This document shows positions 52,415 to 62,500 of a stretch of 64,000 bases of DNA, piece after piece (the first letter of the stretch is position 1; every line of letters begins with the position of its first letter). A model generated the notes under the pieces. The model was not told where the DNA came from, searched no databases, and saw nothing but the letters and a program-made list of their open reading frames with translations. The DNA is from Candidatus Nanosyncoccus sp. (GTDB lineage: Bacteria > Patescibacteriota > Saccharimonadia > Saccharimonadales > Saccharimonadaceae): the NCBI GenBank assembly GCA_045586015.1, contig JAZMZP010000013.1:2374-66373 (forward strand). Direction: 5' to 3'. The translations under genes were made by a program, and so were the position numbers.

Positions 52415-55400
52415 TTACGGCGCCATTATAACCCATGGGTCGGTAGCTGTACCAGTCCCATCGGAAGGAGTCGTTCCGTCTTGTAGTGAAACAACAGGGC
52501 GAATACCATAAGCGGCGTCAACACGACCGTTTTGCATGTAACCATTAGTATTCATATAGAAATTGTAAGCGTATGAGCCATAGCGATAATATGGTGACAT
52601 AGTCCAGAAGGTAGAACCGGTTCGAAGGAAGGAATTGGCATTGTATCCTGAACCTTGGTTAGCGGTTTGGCTACCAGAACCAGCAAAGCTTGCTTCGTCG
52701 GCCGTAATTAAGGCTACTGGCGCGGCCAATTGTCCATTACCACCGGCCGAAGTGCTAGTACTATACACATCTACAGTACTTTTACTGCAGCCTAAGCCTG
52801 GGACCTTTGATGTACCAATATTTCTAGTGTATGCACCAAAGTAGGCTCTATAAGTCGCGCCAGTCTGGTTCGTATTAGTCGTGTACGAACGTAGAGTCGA
52901 TGTGGCGGTAGAACCCGAAGTATTCTGGAAAGCTGAGCGATCGTTGCAATAACCAGCATTTGGTTCTAGTATGCTCGTATAACTTGTCAAATTAGAGTTA
53001 TACCAACTTTCGACATTTCCTTTAATTGTAGAATTAGTATTATTAACAGAATAATTAGAATTACTACCGAACAATGTGTCTGGAGTTTGAGTAGAGTTTG
53101 ATGTTGTAGCATAAGTACTATTATGCGTATAGCCTACGCGTACGGCTTGACGAGCTACCGAAGTAGTGTTTGCAGTCCCGTTGAAGGTGCTTGTGGCGAC
53201 CGGCGAGCTAATCTGTGCACTAGTTGTCGCATTCGCGCAGGTCGAGCCAGTCCAATTCCCGTTATAAATCATCTTCGTTCCACCAGAACCAGTTGTTCTA
53301 ATAATTCTCCAACAAGTATCTGCCGTCGTCTTGGTCCCGTCGGCGTCTAAAATAACATAGTTAGGATAAGCCGCCCCATCGCCATTAGATCCGTAAGTTC
53401 CGGTAGTATTATCAAGAATCCCACGATAGTAATAAATAGTAGCCTTAGTATTGTCGCCTTTAGCCCCATCAGTATCCGCACCAAACGCTGTACTGTTGTA
53501 TTCATAAACACCCGAATTGGAGGCATTAAGACTTGCCTGAAGATTAGCTGCAGTTTGCGTTCCTCTGCTTTGATCTTCGACTTCTTCATATAGAGTTTTA
53601 CGCGTTGTTCCGGAAGTGTAATGTGCAAATAGCGTATCAGTTGTTACGGCTGATGAATTGAAGGTGGTTCTAATCCATCGACCGTTTGCATCGGTCCAGT
53701 CGGCGACTGAGTTTTGAATATTGCCGCTCCCATCGATTACTTGGTTCCCTCCGCTGGATGCAGTCCACCAACCATCAAACACCTGACCGGTTGGTGGTGT
53801 AGCTGAAGGAATCGTCCCGACGGTTGTCGCTGTGCGTGAAGAATAAGTTGTCGAATTTTCATAGGCTACATATACCGGGCTAGTCCCACTCAAAGTTCCA
53901 CCATTCGCATCGAAATTAATTCGAGAATTAAATCTCGCTACTGTAGTTCTATTCGCAACTGTACTTCCAGTCCCCGTTCCAGTTCCCGAAGTACAAGTAG
54001 ACGTAATAGAGCTGTCTGTCTTATCGGTAACCGTTACTCTTACACCATAGTATCTTGTATCGTAAAAACCATTGCTACCATTGTCAGTATTATTTTTAGT
54101 TATCTCATAGGTATTCCCGGCTTGAGTGGCACTAAAGTTACCCAAGGTATTAGTAGCAGAAGACCCATAGCCAAATGAATAGACGATATCCGCGCTACTA
54201 GTATCATAACTAGATGAATTATCTGTCGCTGTAAGTATAGTCGAAGCATAATTAAACACTTTCGTATCGCCACCTTGAATTGTACAAGTTGGCGTGATAA
54301 GGCCAGTAGCGCCTATCGTAATCGTTCCAGCCCCAGAACCAACCGTAAAAGTAGAACCACTGATACTACCACTACCAGCACTAGAGTAGCTCGTTCCGGT
54401 ATATCCAGTTTTCCGAGTTGGTGCAATTGTTGAAAGGTCAATCGTATCTCCGGCACTAAAGGCTTTTGTTAAAGTCCCAGTCCCACTTCCAGTCCAACCC
54501 GAAGCGGTAAGCGTAGAAATACCAGGACCGGCATTAATAGTCACAGTATAGCTAGAACTATTTCCATTTACGCATCTAACTGAGAGACCTTCTGCCTTGG
54601 GCCCATCCCAAGTTCCGCCAGCCACACCATTATCACCAAAGTTATAATGGAAGCCATTAGTTCCACTTTTCGTTGTAGATGTCCAATAATAACCATAGAC
54701 TCCCCTATATTCATTTGAGCTATTGTTCAAAATTCCTGAATAAATAAAATTATTAGGATAAGTTCGAATCGCTTTTGAAGCGTCGGTCCCCTCGGTATTA
54801 TTATCATCAATCCAAATCGGTGTGGTGGAGGTTGTATATTGCGCAGGCGGCGCACCAATTAAAGTCAACCATAAATTATAAATATCGTTAGTGTTAGCAT
54901 TTTGGATTATGTCTCTGTCTCCACCTCGCGGAAGTCTCCAGCCAGTCGGGCAAATAGATGTACTAGCTGTTTCAGAGGAAGTTGTTGTTGTAAAATCAGT
55001 CGTATTCGCAAGCGCTGCTGCGAAAGAATAATAATTACCATAGCCATAAACGTTAGCATTGGTTGTAGACATATTGCTGACAGCAGCATTGGTATTTCTA
55101 TTGTGATAGCGCGGGAATCTGTATCCTTGGTTACTCCCCGTAATATTACTAGTGCTATATTTGCTATTAGAAGTTGTAGAAGCAATAAAGTTACTTGTTT
55201 CGGCTGTAGCTAACCCCGAGAACGCTCCTCCGAAACCTTGTGCTTTAGTACCATCACTCGAATTCGTCGCCTCTAATCTCATATTCTCAATCATCCAACA
55301 ATTATTATCAGCTAGTTTAGCTACCGCATAGGCTTGGCTATCCCTCTGATCGGTCAAAGCAATCACATCGCCAGTATTCATAGAGTCGCAACCCTGCCAA

Positions 55401-56398
55401 TTTTGCAAATAAGCATTCTGGGCTGGTTTTACCCATATCGCATACATAGTGACGTAATATATGCCATTCTGTTCAACGGCTTGTGCCAAAAAATTCGTAT
55501 CGACAGTAACTACCTCGTTTGGACCAAATACTTTTCCAGCAGCCTTAGCTGTAGCCAAATCAGTTTGGAATGAAGCGGAGTCCGGATTGAGTTGTATAGT
55601 AGACCAACCCGCAAATCCATAACCTTGGCGTTGGTAATTGGAAGCAGCTAGCGTCACTTCATCGTTTTCTACAATGTTATGAGTAATACTCATTGTGGTC
55701 GCGGAGTTAGCCCCATTATCGTCATATTTAATTGCATAGCTGGCACAATTAGCTCCAGTGGTCAAATAATAAACTATTGTATCGTCGCCAGCACCTTGTG
55801 ACGATTCGGCTAACGTATATGTCCCTGAAGCAGTAGTACCGGATACCGAAACGCCATAATAAACCGAAAAACTATCTCCTCCGGAGGAAGAAGCACTCGC
55901 TTTAGTTTTGATTTGTGTTTGGGTACTAGTTAATCCGATAAAATTAGAAGACACCGTAGTATTATTTGCTGTACTATATCCCCAAGTCCCTAAATTATTC
56001 CCCAGAATAGATACTGGGTTAGAAACAGTTCCAGAAGATGCTGGGATAGTATCGCTGCTAGTATTATCTCCGCCTTTATATAGTGTATTATCAGTAGGAC
56101 CAACAATAGATACTGCGTAACCAGAGGGACAATCAGAACTAACTACTATATTATCGGTGCCTAGACTGGCCTTATCTCCAAACGACGCAACATCAACCGT
56201 GACATTACCAGAGGTAGAGATGGATGCGGTGTAAGCGGAAACGCTCGAAGAGATAAAACATATATTGTAAACACCAGATATTACGAATCCAAAAAACAAC
56301 ATAGTTACAATATTAAGGAGACTAATAAAGCTTACCTCCCTAACACCGGAACGATACCTCCGTACCAGAGCACAATTATAGCTATTTTTTCCTCGCAC
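52415..56398 (-). CDS. giant surface protein (about 1300 aa): N-terminal anchor + beta module, InlB-B/Listeria-Bacteroides-type repeat, FISUMP domain, one ~305-aa repeat unit, conserved ~400-aa C-terminal domain
   Basis: FISUMP motifs TDQRDSQAYAVAKLADNNCWMIENM, YGNYYSFAAALA, CPTGWRLP, YWTST, LSVRCVNG. B-repeat motifs GYGFAGWST...MYAIWV and INFDANGGTLSG...FDGWWT. The C-terminal domain is shared with the next gene. Start codon uncertain (the GTG at 56398 abuts its SD). Confidence 0.85.
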   Translation of the reverse strand: MRGKNSYNCALVRRYRSGVREVSFISLLNIVTMLFFGFVISGVYNICFISSSVSAYTASISTSGNVTVDVASFGDKASLGTDNIVVSSDCPSGYAVSIVGPTDNTLYKGGDNTSSDTIPASSGTVSNPVSILGNNLGTWGYSTANNTTVSSNFIGLTSTQTQIKTKASASSSGGDSFSVYYGVSVSGTTASGTYTLAESSQGAGDDTIVYYLTTGANCASYAIKYDDNGANSATTMSITHNIVENDEVTLAASNYQRQGYGFAGWSTIQLNPDSASFQTDLATAKAAGKVFGPNEVVTVDTNFLAQAVEQNGIYYVTMYAIWVKPAQNAYLQNWQGCDSMNTGDVIALTDQRDSQAYAVAKLADNNCWMIENMRLEATNSSDGTKAQGFGGAFSGLATAETSNFIASTTSNSKYSTSNITGSNQGYRFPRYHNRNTNAAVSNMSTTNANVYGYGNYYSFAAALANTTDFTTTTSSETASTSICPTGWRLPRGGDRDIIQNANTNDIYNLWLTLIGAPPAQYTTSTTPIWIDDNNTEGTDASKAIRTYPNNFIYSGILNNSSNEYRGVYGYYWTSTTKSGTNGFHYNFGDNGVAGGTWDGPKAEGLSVRCVNGNSSSYTVTINAGPGISTLTASGWTGSGTGTLTKAFSAGDTIDLSTIAPTRKTGYTGTSYSSAGSGSISGSTFTVGSGAGTITIGATGLITPTCTIQGGDTKVFNYASTILTATDNSSSYDTSSADIVYSFGYGSSATNTLGNFSATQAGNTYEITKNNTDNGSNGFYDTRYYGVRVTVTDKTDSSITSTCTSGTGTGTGSTVANRTTVARFNSRINFDANGGTLSGTSPVYVAYENSTTYSSRTATTVGTIPSATPPTGQVFDGWWTASSGGNQVIDGSGNIQNSVADWTDANGRWIRTTFNSSAVTTDTLFAHYTSGTTRKTLYEEVEDQSRGTQTAANLQASLNASNSGVYEYNSTAFGADTDGAKGDNTKATIYYYRGILDNTTGTYGSNGDGAAYPNYVILDADGTKTTADTCWRIIRTTGSGGTKMIYNGNWTGSTCANATTSAQISSPVATSTFNGTANTTSVARQAVRVGYTHNSTYATTSNSTQTPDTLFGSNSNYSVNNTNSTIKGNVESWYNSNLTSYTSILEPNAGYCNDRSAFQNTSGSTATSTLRSYTTNTNQTGATYRAYFGAYTRNIGTSKVPGLGCSKSTVDVYSTSTSAGGNGQLAAPVALITADEASFAGSGSQTANQGSGYNANSFLRTGSTFWTMSPYYRYGSYAYNFYMNTNGYMQNGRVDAAYGIRPVVSLQDGTTPSDGTGTATDPWVIMAP

Positions 56399-56461
56399 CT
56401 CTCCCTCTACATTTTTTAAATCTAAAAATGATAAACTCTAACGGTAAAAACCATTATCTCA

Positions 56462-56470
56462 ATTATAACA
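56462..56470 (-). promoter_or_regulatory. extended -10 (TGTTATAAT) upstream of the 52415-56398 gene
   Basis: Minus strand reads tgttataat-tgagata-ATG. The ATG (56454) opens only a 10-codon mini-ORF (56422-56454). Confidence 0.45.
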
Positions 56471-56528
56471 TGCTTATGGAAAATGTGCGGAAAAAACTTA
56501 AAATTAAATCATGCGTTTTTTATGTTTT

Positions 56529-59500
56529 TTAAGGAGCTTTAATTATCCACGGATCGGTCGCCGTACCAGAGCCAATTGCTGTAGCAGTTCCAGGTTTGAG
56601 CGAGATTACCGGGCGAACGCCTGTCGTAGTTGTACCAGTACTGATGTATGTCATTGCGCCATCCGTATTAATCTCAAATACGTTCGCGATACCAGTAGTC
56701 GCGCGGTAATATGGCGAGAGGAGGATAAATTCACTACCAGAGTTAAGGAATGAATTCGGATCATAGTCAGAACCATTTTCAGCCGCAATACGGTTACCCG
56801 AACCTGCGAATGATGCCTCATCTGCCGTAAGTAGCGCCGCCGCTCTAGTTAATTGTTTGTTGCCATTTGACGCGGCGCTCGTAGTATATAGATCTGCTGT
56901 ACTGCGTGGACAACCTAAGCTTGGGACTTGAGCAGTATTAACGTTACGGACTAGTGCTCCAAAGTTATAGCGGGTAGCACTGGTAGCATATTGAGCAACC
57001 GACACAGAATCGCCCTGAAGAGTATATGGGGTTGTATTACTATAAACTGTTCTATCGTTACAATACCCAGCACTAGGCTCTAAGATGCTCTGGTATGCAC
57101 TTACTCCATTAGCGCCAGTAAACCAAGTGCCTTCAATATAAGATTTAATGGTAGAGTTAGCAGAGTTATTAGCGAAGCTAGTATTAGTACCGAATGTGTT
57201 CCCGAGTGTTCTAGAAGTCGTTGATGTACTCGCATAGCCACTTCTATAGGTATAACCAACCCGTACCCATTGTCTTGAAGTCGTGTCGTCGGAACCATTG
57301 AATGCGCTTGTGCTGACTTGGGCGCTTGTAGTAGCGTTCGCGCAAGTAGAACCCGTCCAGTTCCCGTTATAAATCATCTTCGTTCCGCCTGAGCCAGTAG
57401 TTCTTACAATCCTCCAGCAAGTATTACCGAGTCTTACGTAATTCGGATAAGCTGCGCCATCACCGTTCGAACCATAAGTCCCAGTAGTATTATCAAGGAT
57501 GCCACGATAGTAGTAAATCTTGTAATTATTAGCTGCGTCGGTTGCCGCACCGAATACCGAAGAATTATATTCATATACCCCAGAGTTAGATTTAGTAATG
57601 TTCGCTTGAAGGTTTGCAGAGGTTTGTGTGCCCTTACTCTGCTTTGCGACATTATTGTAAAGGACCTGGCCGGCCATACAACGTACCGAATCGCCACGAT
57701 AAGTATAATTTTCAGTTGTAGCAGGAAAGACATATGTATCTCTGAATGCGAACCTATGACCACTGCCGGATAGGTGTTTAGTCGATGACCAATAATTATT
57801 AACTAAGCCTCTATCGTGAGCACTAGATCCGTCGAAGCGCCCAGAATACACAAAGTTATATGGGTATGCTCTTAGAGCTTTTGAAAGATTGGAACCCTCT
57901 CCAGCCAAATTATCGTCGGTGTATAGCCATTCATTGTCCGAATTAAATCCAGTCGGTGCTGCTCCTGCTAGAATGTAACTGAGATTATAGTAATCACTAC
58001 CGCTACTCTCTATTTTTTCTTTTTCGCCGCCAGTAGGTAGTCTCCAACCCGCTGGGCAGATAGATGTACCAGTAGATTCGGAATCATAAGGATAGAGTGT
58101 ATTTGTAGTATTAGCGGTCGCCGCCGGCCAGTTGTAATAGTTACCATAGCTATAAACATTTTGATCTGGGTCGGTCATTTCGGAAACTGTAGATTGCGTA
58201 TTGACATTATTGTAGCGCGGAATTCTATAGGCTTGATTATCTCCAGTAACATTACTCGTGCTATATTTACTATTTGCGGTCGTAACTTCGGCGAAGTTTG
58301 CATTCTCGGCATTAGCAAGTCCAGTAAATACTCCGCCATATCCTTGTGAAAGCGCTTGGTTTGTTGAGCCGGTTGTTCCCGCTGCCTCTAGTCTTAGGTT
58401 CTCAATCATCCAATAGTTCCCATCCGCATATTTAGCGACCGCATAGACCTGGTTATCGCGTGCGTCTTTAAGCGCGGTTACGTAACCAACTGGCTTAGAG
58501 TCAAGTGTACTATTATCGTTAAGTGTAACGGTTAGGAGGTTATTAGTTTGGAAGGTCAAGACATTATTAGAACTATCTTTAGCCGGCTCAACCCACATCG
58601 CATAAAGCTTCAAACTATCATTGTTTATTATATCAAGCGTTGTCTCGTCATCGATTGTCGCATTTGGACCATACATCGTTCCGCTTCCATCAGGCTCAGT
58701 ATTCCAGCCCGCAAACCCATACCCGCTTCTCTGGAAGTTTGATGCCCAAAGATTTACCGAAGTAGCACTAGAAGCAACGCTCTGGTTCCCCATCGTCGTT
58801 GAGCTATTTGCGCCATTATCATCGTAACAAATTACACCAGTAGCTCCACAAGGAAGATCTCTGTATTGCGCGTAAAGAGTATTGGCGTTTGAATTGTCGA
58901 GCGTACTAGTCAGAATCCATTGTCCACTTTCGTTTACCCAACCACTAACCGTAACCATACTTCCATCGTCATCAATAACTTTTGGTTGACCTTGCTCCGG
59001 TGCCAAATACCAACCTGCAAATACTTTTCCTGTTGGCGGAGTTACAGTTGGGATATTTCTTGTCGAGAATCCAGTGCGACTAGAATAAGTATTACTATCT
59101 TCATAAGACACATAAACTGGATTAGAATGACTCAAAGTCCCGCCATTAGGATTAAAATTAATTCTAGCGTTATACAACCTCATAATAGTTCTGGCCGCAT
59201 AAGAGTCACCACTATTCACCAATCCGCCCGTAGAAGTGCAAGTCGAAGTAATCGAACTATCAGTATTATCGGTTACGGTTACACGAACACCATAAATTCT
59301 TTCACCACGAAAGGCATTTTTAGCAACATAGAATTCATTTTTAGGCGTAGATGAACTCTGTGTAAAGTTAGCCAAAGCACCACTTAATGAAGTAGCATAT
59401 CCAAATTCGTAGACAATACTTACGCTACTCGTATCATAACTAGATGATACATCCATTGCCGTAAGCTTCGTGTCTGTATAATTATAAACTTTCGTATCTC

Positions 59501-62500
59501 CACCTTTAATTTCACAAGTTGGTGTATTAATCCCAGTAGCACTAATTTCAATCGCTGCAAGACCATTACCAACTGTAAATATTGAACCATTCAATTCCCC
59601 TCTTCCGGTAGCTTTTAAATACGCAACTCCAGAATAACCAGTCTTATAGGTAGGAATAATCGTAGATAAATCTATCGTCTCGCCTTCCACAAATTCTTTT
59701 ACCAAAGATCCGGTTCCAGTCACAGTCCAACCTGAAGCACTAATTGAGGCAATACCAACTCTGGGTATAATCTCAATTTGATGAGTAGGCACATAATGTG
59801 CATACAATACATTAACGGAATTATTGTCGGTTGTATTTGTAAGAATCCATTGACCACTCGCATTCGTCCACCCAGAAACCGAGCTCTGGATATTTCCATC
59901 TTTGTCAATTACTTGGGTCCCATTAGTTGGATCCGTCCACCACCCATTAAAGGCATTCCCGGATGGCGGCGTCACAGTAGGCAAAGAACTTACTACACCA
60001 GAAGTACGAGAGACATAAACATTCGCACTAGTATAAGAAACATAAGAATAACCGCCACCACTCCCACCATTTGCATTGAAATTAACTCTAGCATTCACTT
60101 TTGTAACTGTAGTCCTATTTGCGACAGTAGACCCAGTCGCGGTTCCAGTTCCCGAAGTACAAGTAGTTGTAATAGAACTATCAGTTTTGTCAGTAACCGT
60201 GACAGTTACACCATAATACCTCGTTCCTCTAAATGCTCCTCTCGTCACATTATAGGTATTCTCATCTTGAGTAGAGCTAAAGTCTACTAATGTGCCTGAC
60301 GCAGAAGAAGCATAACCAAACGAATATGTGATATCTACACTGCTAGAATCGTAATTAGACGAATTATCGGTAGCAGTTATAGTTGTTGGAACATAAGCAT
60401 AAACTTGCGTATCTCCGCCAGTCATCTTGCAGGTTGGTGTATTAAGCCCAGTAGCCTTAAATGTAATAGTCCCAGCGCCAGAGCCAACTGTAAATGTAGA
60501 ACCGCTCAAAGTACCACTACCACTAGTCTTTGAATAAGAGCTGCCAGTATAACCAGTCTTATCAGCCACAGTAATTGTAGAAAGATCAATTGTTTCGCCA
60601 GCCGCAAACTCTTTTGTCAATGTTCCAGTCCCAGATCCAGTCCAACCCGAGGCGGTAAGGGTAGAAATTCCAGCCCCAGCATTGATTGTTATAGTATATA
60701 CATTTATAAATTGTGCATATAACGTATCCCCAGCCACAGCATTAGCATTAGTCGTAGTTCTAGCCCAATTCCCGTTTTCAACCCAATCAGGAATAGAAGA
60801 AGCTGCAAAATCCCAAAATGGATCAATAACTTGTGCTCCGCCAGAGGCCGCAGTCCACCAGCCGTTAAACTTCTTTCCAGCAGGAGCGGTTACGTCAGGG
60901 ATCCCTCTAAGCGTAGTAGCGGTACGTGAAGAATAAGCCTGATTTTTTCCATAAGCCACATATACCGGATTGCTATGGCTTAAAGTCCCGCCGTTAGCGT
61001 TAAAGTTGACTCTAGAGTTATAACGATATACTGCAGTTCTATTAGTAGCTCCAGTCCCCGAAGTACAAGTAGACGTAATAGAACTATCAGTCTTGTCAGT
61101 CACAGTCACCTTTACGCCGTAATACCTAGTGTCGTAGAATGCATCCTTTGCGACGTCATAAGTATTGCCAGCTTGTGCAGTACTAAAGTTACCAAGAGTT
61201 CCGGTCGCGGAAGTATTGTAGCCAAACGAATATGTAATGTCTGCACTGTTCGTATCATAGCTAGATGAAACATTTGTTGCAGTAAGGTTTGTCGCAGCAT
61301 AATTATAGACTTTCGTATCACCGCCACTAATTGTACAGGTAGGTGTATTAAGCCCAGTCGCCTTAAATGTAATAGTCCCAGCGCCAGAACCAACTGTAAA
61401 AGTAGGAGCGCTGAAAGTACCACTACCACTAGTCTTTGAATAAGAGCTGCCAGTATAACCAGTCTTATCAGCCGCAGTAATCGTAGAAAGATCAATTGTT
61501 TCGCCAGCCGCAAATTCTTTAGTAAGTGTTCCAGTCCCAGTACCAGTCCAACCAGAAGCAGTAAGCGTAGAGATTCCAGCCCCAGCATTGATTGTTATTG
61601 TATAGGTGTTTACATATCGCGCGTATAAAGTATTGACCGTAGTATTATCAGTAGTGCTTGTCAGAATCCATTGGCCATTTCCATTGGTCCATCCATCAAC
61701 CGGACCAACGATACTTCCAGAAGCATTAATTACTTGGTATCCGCCAGTTGATTGTGTTGTATACCATCCATCGAATTTTTTACCAGCAGGAGCAGTTACG
61801 GTCGGAATCGCCCTAGTCGTAGTCGCGGTTCGCGAAGAATAAGTCGCTGAGTTCTCAAATGCTACATAGACCGGGCTAGTTCCGCTCAAAGTCCCGCCAT
61901 TAGCATTAAAGTTAATCCTAGAATTATACCTAGAAACAGTAGTCCTATTCGCAACCGTAGTACCAGTATTAGAACCAGTTCCAGAAGTACAAGCACTCGT
62001 AAGTGAGCTATCGGTTTTGTCGGTTACGGTAACTTTTACGCCGTAATACCTTACATTATAGAAGGCATCTTTAGCTACATCATAAGTATTACTAGCTTGT
62101 GCAGTACTAAAGTTACCAAGCGTTGCAGTCGTAGACGTAGCATAACCGAATGAATATGTAATGTCCGCGCTGCTCGTATCAAAGTTAGACGCGTTAGATG
62201 TTGCGGTTAAAGTCGTCGCGGCATAGTTATAAACCTTCGTATCGCCACCCTGAATTGTACATACAGGAGTATTAAGCCCAGTCGCCTTAAATGTGATAGT
62301 TGCGGCTCCTTCGCCTACCGTAAACGTAGAACCGCTCAAAGTACCGCTACCACTAGTCTTTGAATAGGAACTCCCAGTATACCCAGTCTTATCAGTCACA
62401 GTGATCGTAGAAAGATCAATTGTCTGTCCAGCTTCAAATTCCCTAGTAAGTGTTCCAGTTCCACTTCCAGTCCAGTCCGAAGCAGTAAGTGACGAAATCC

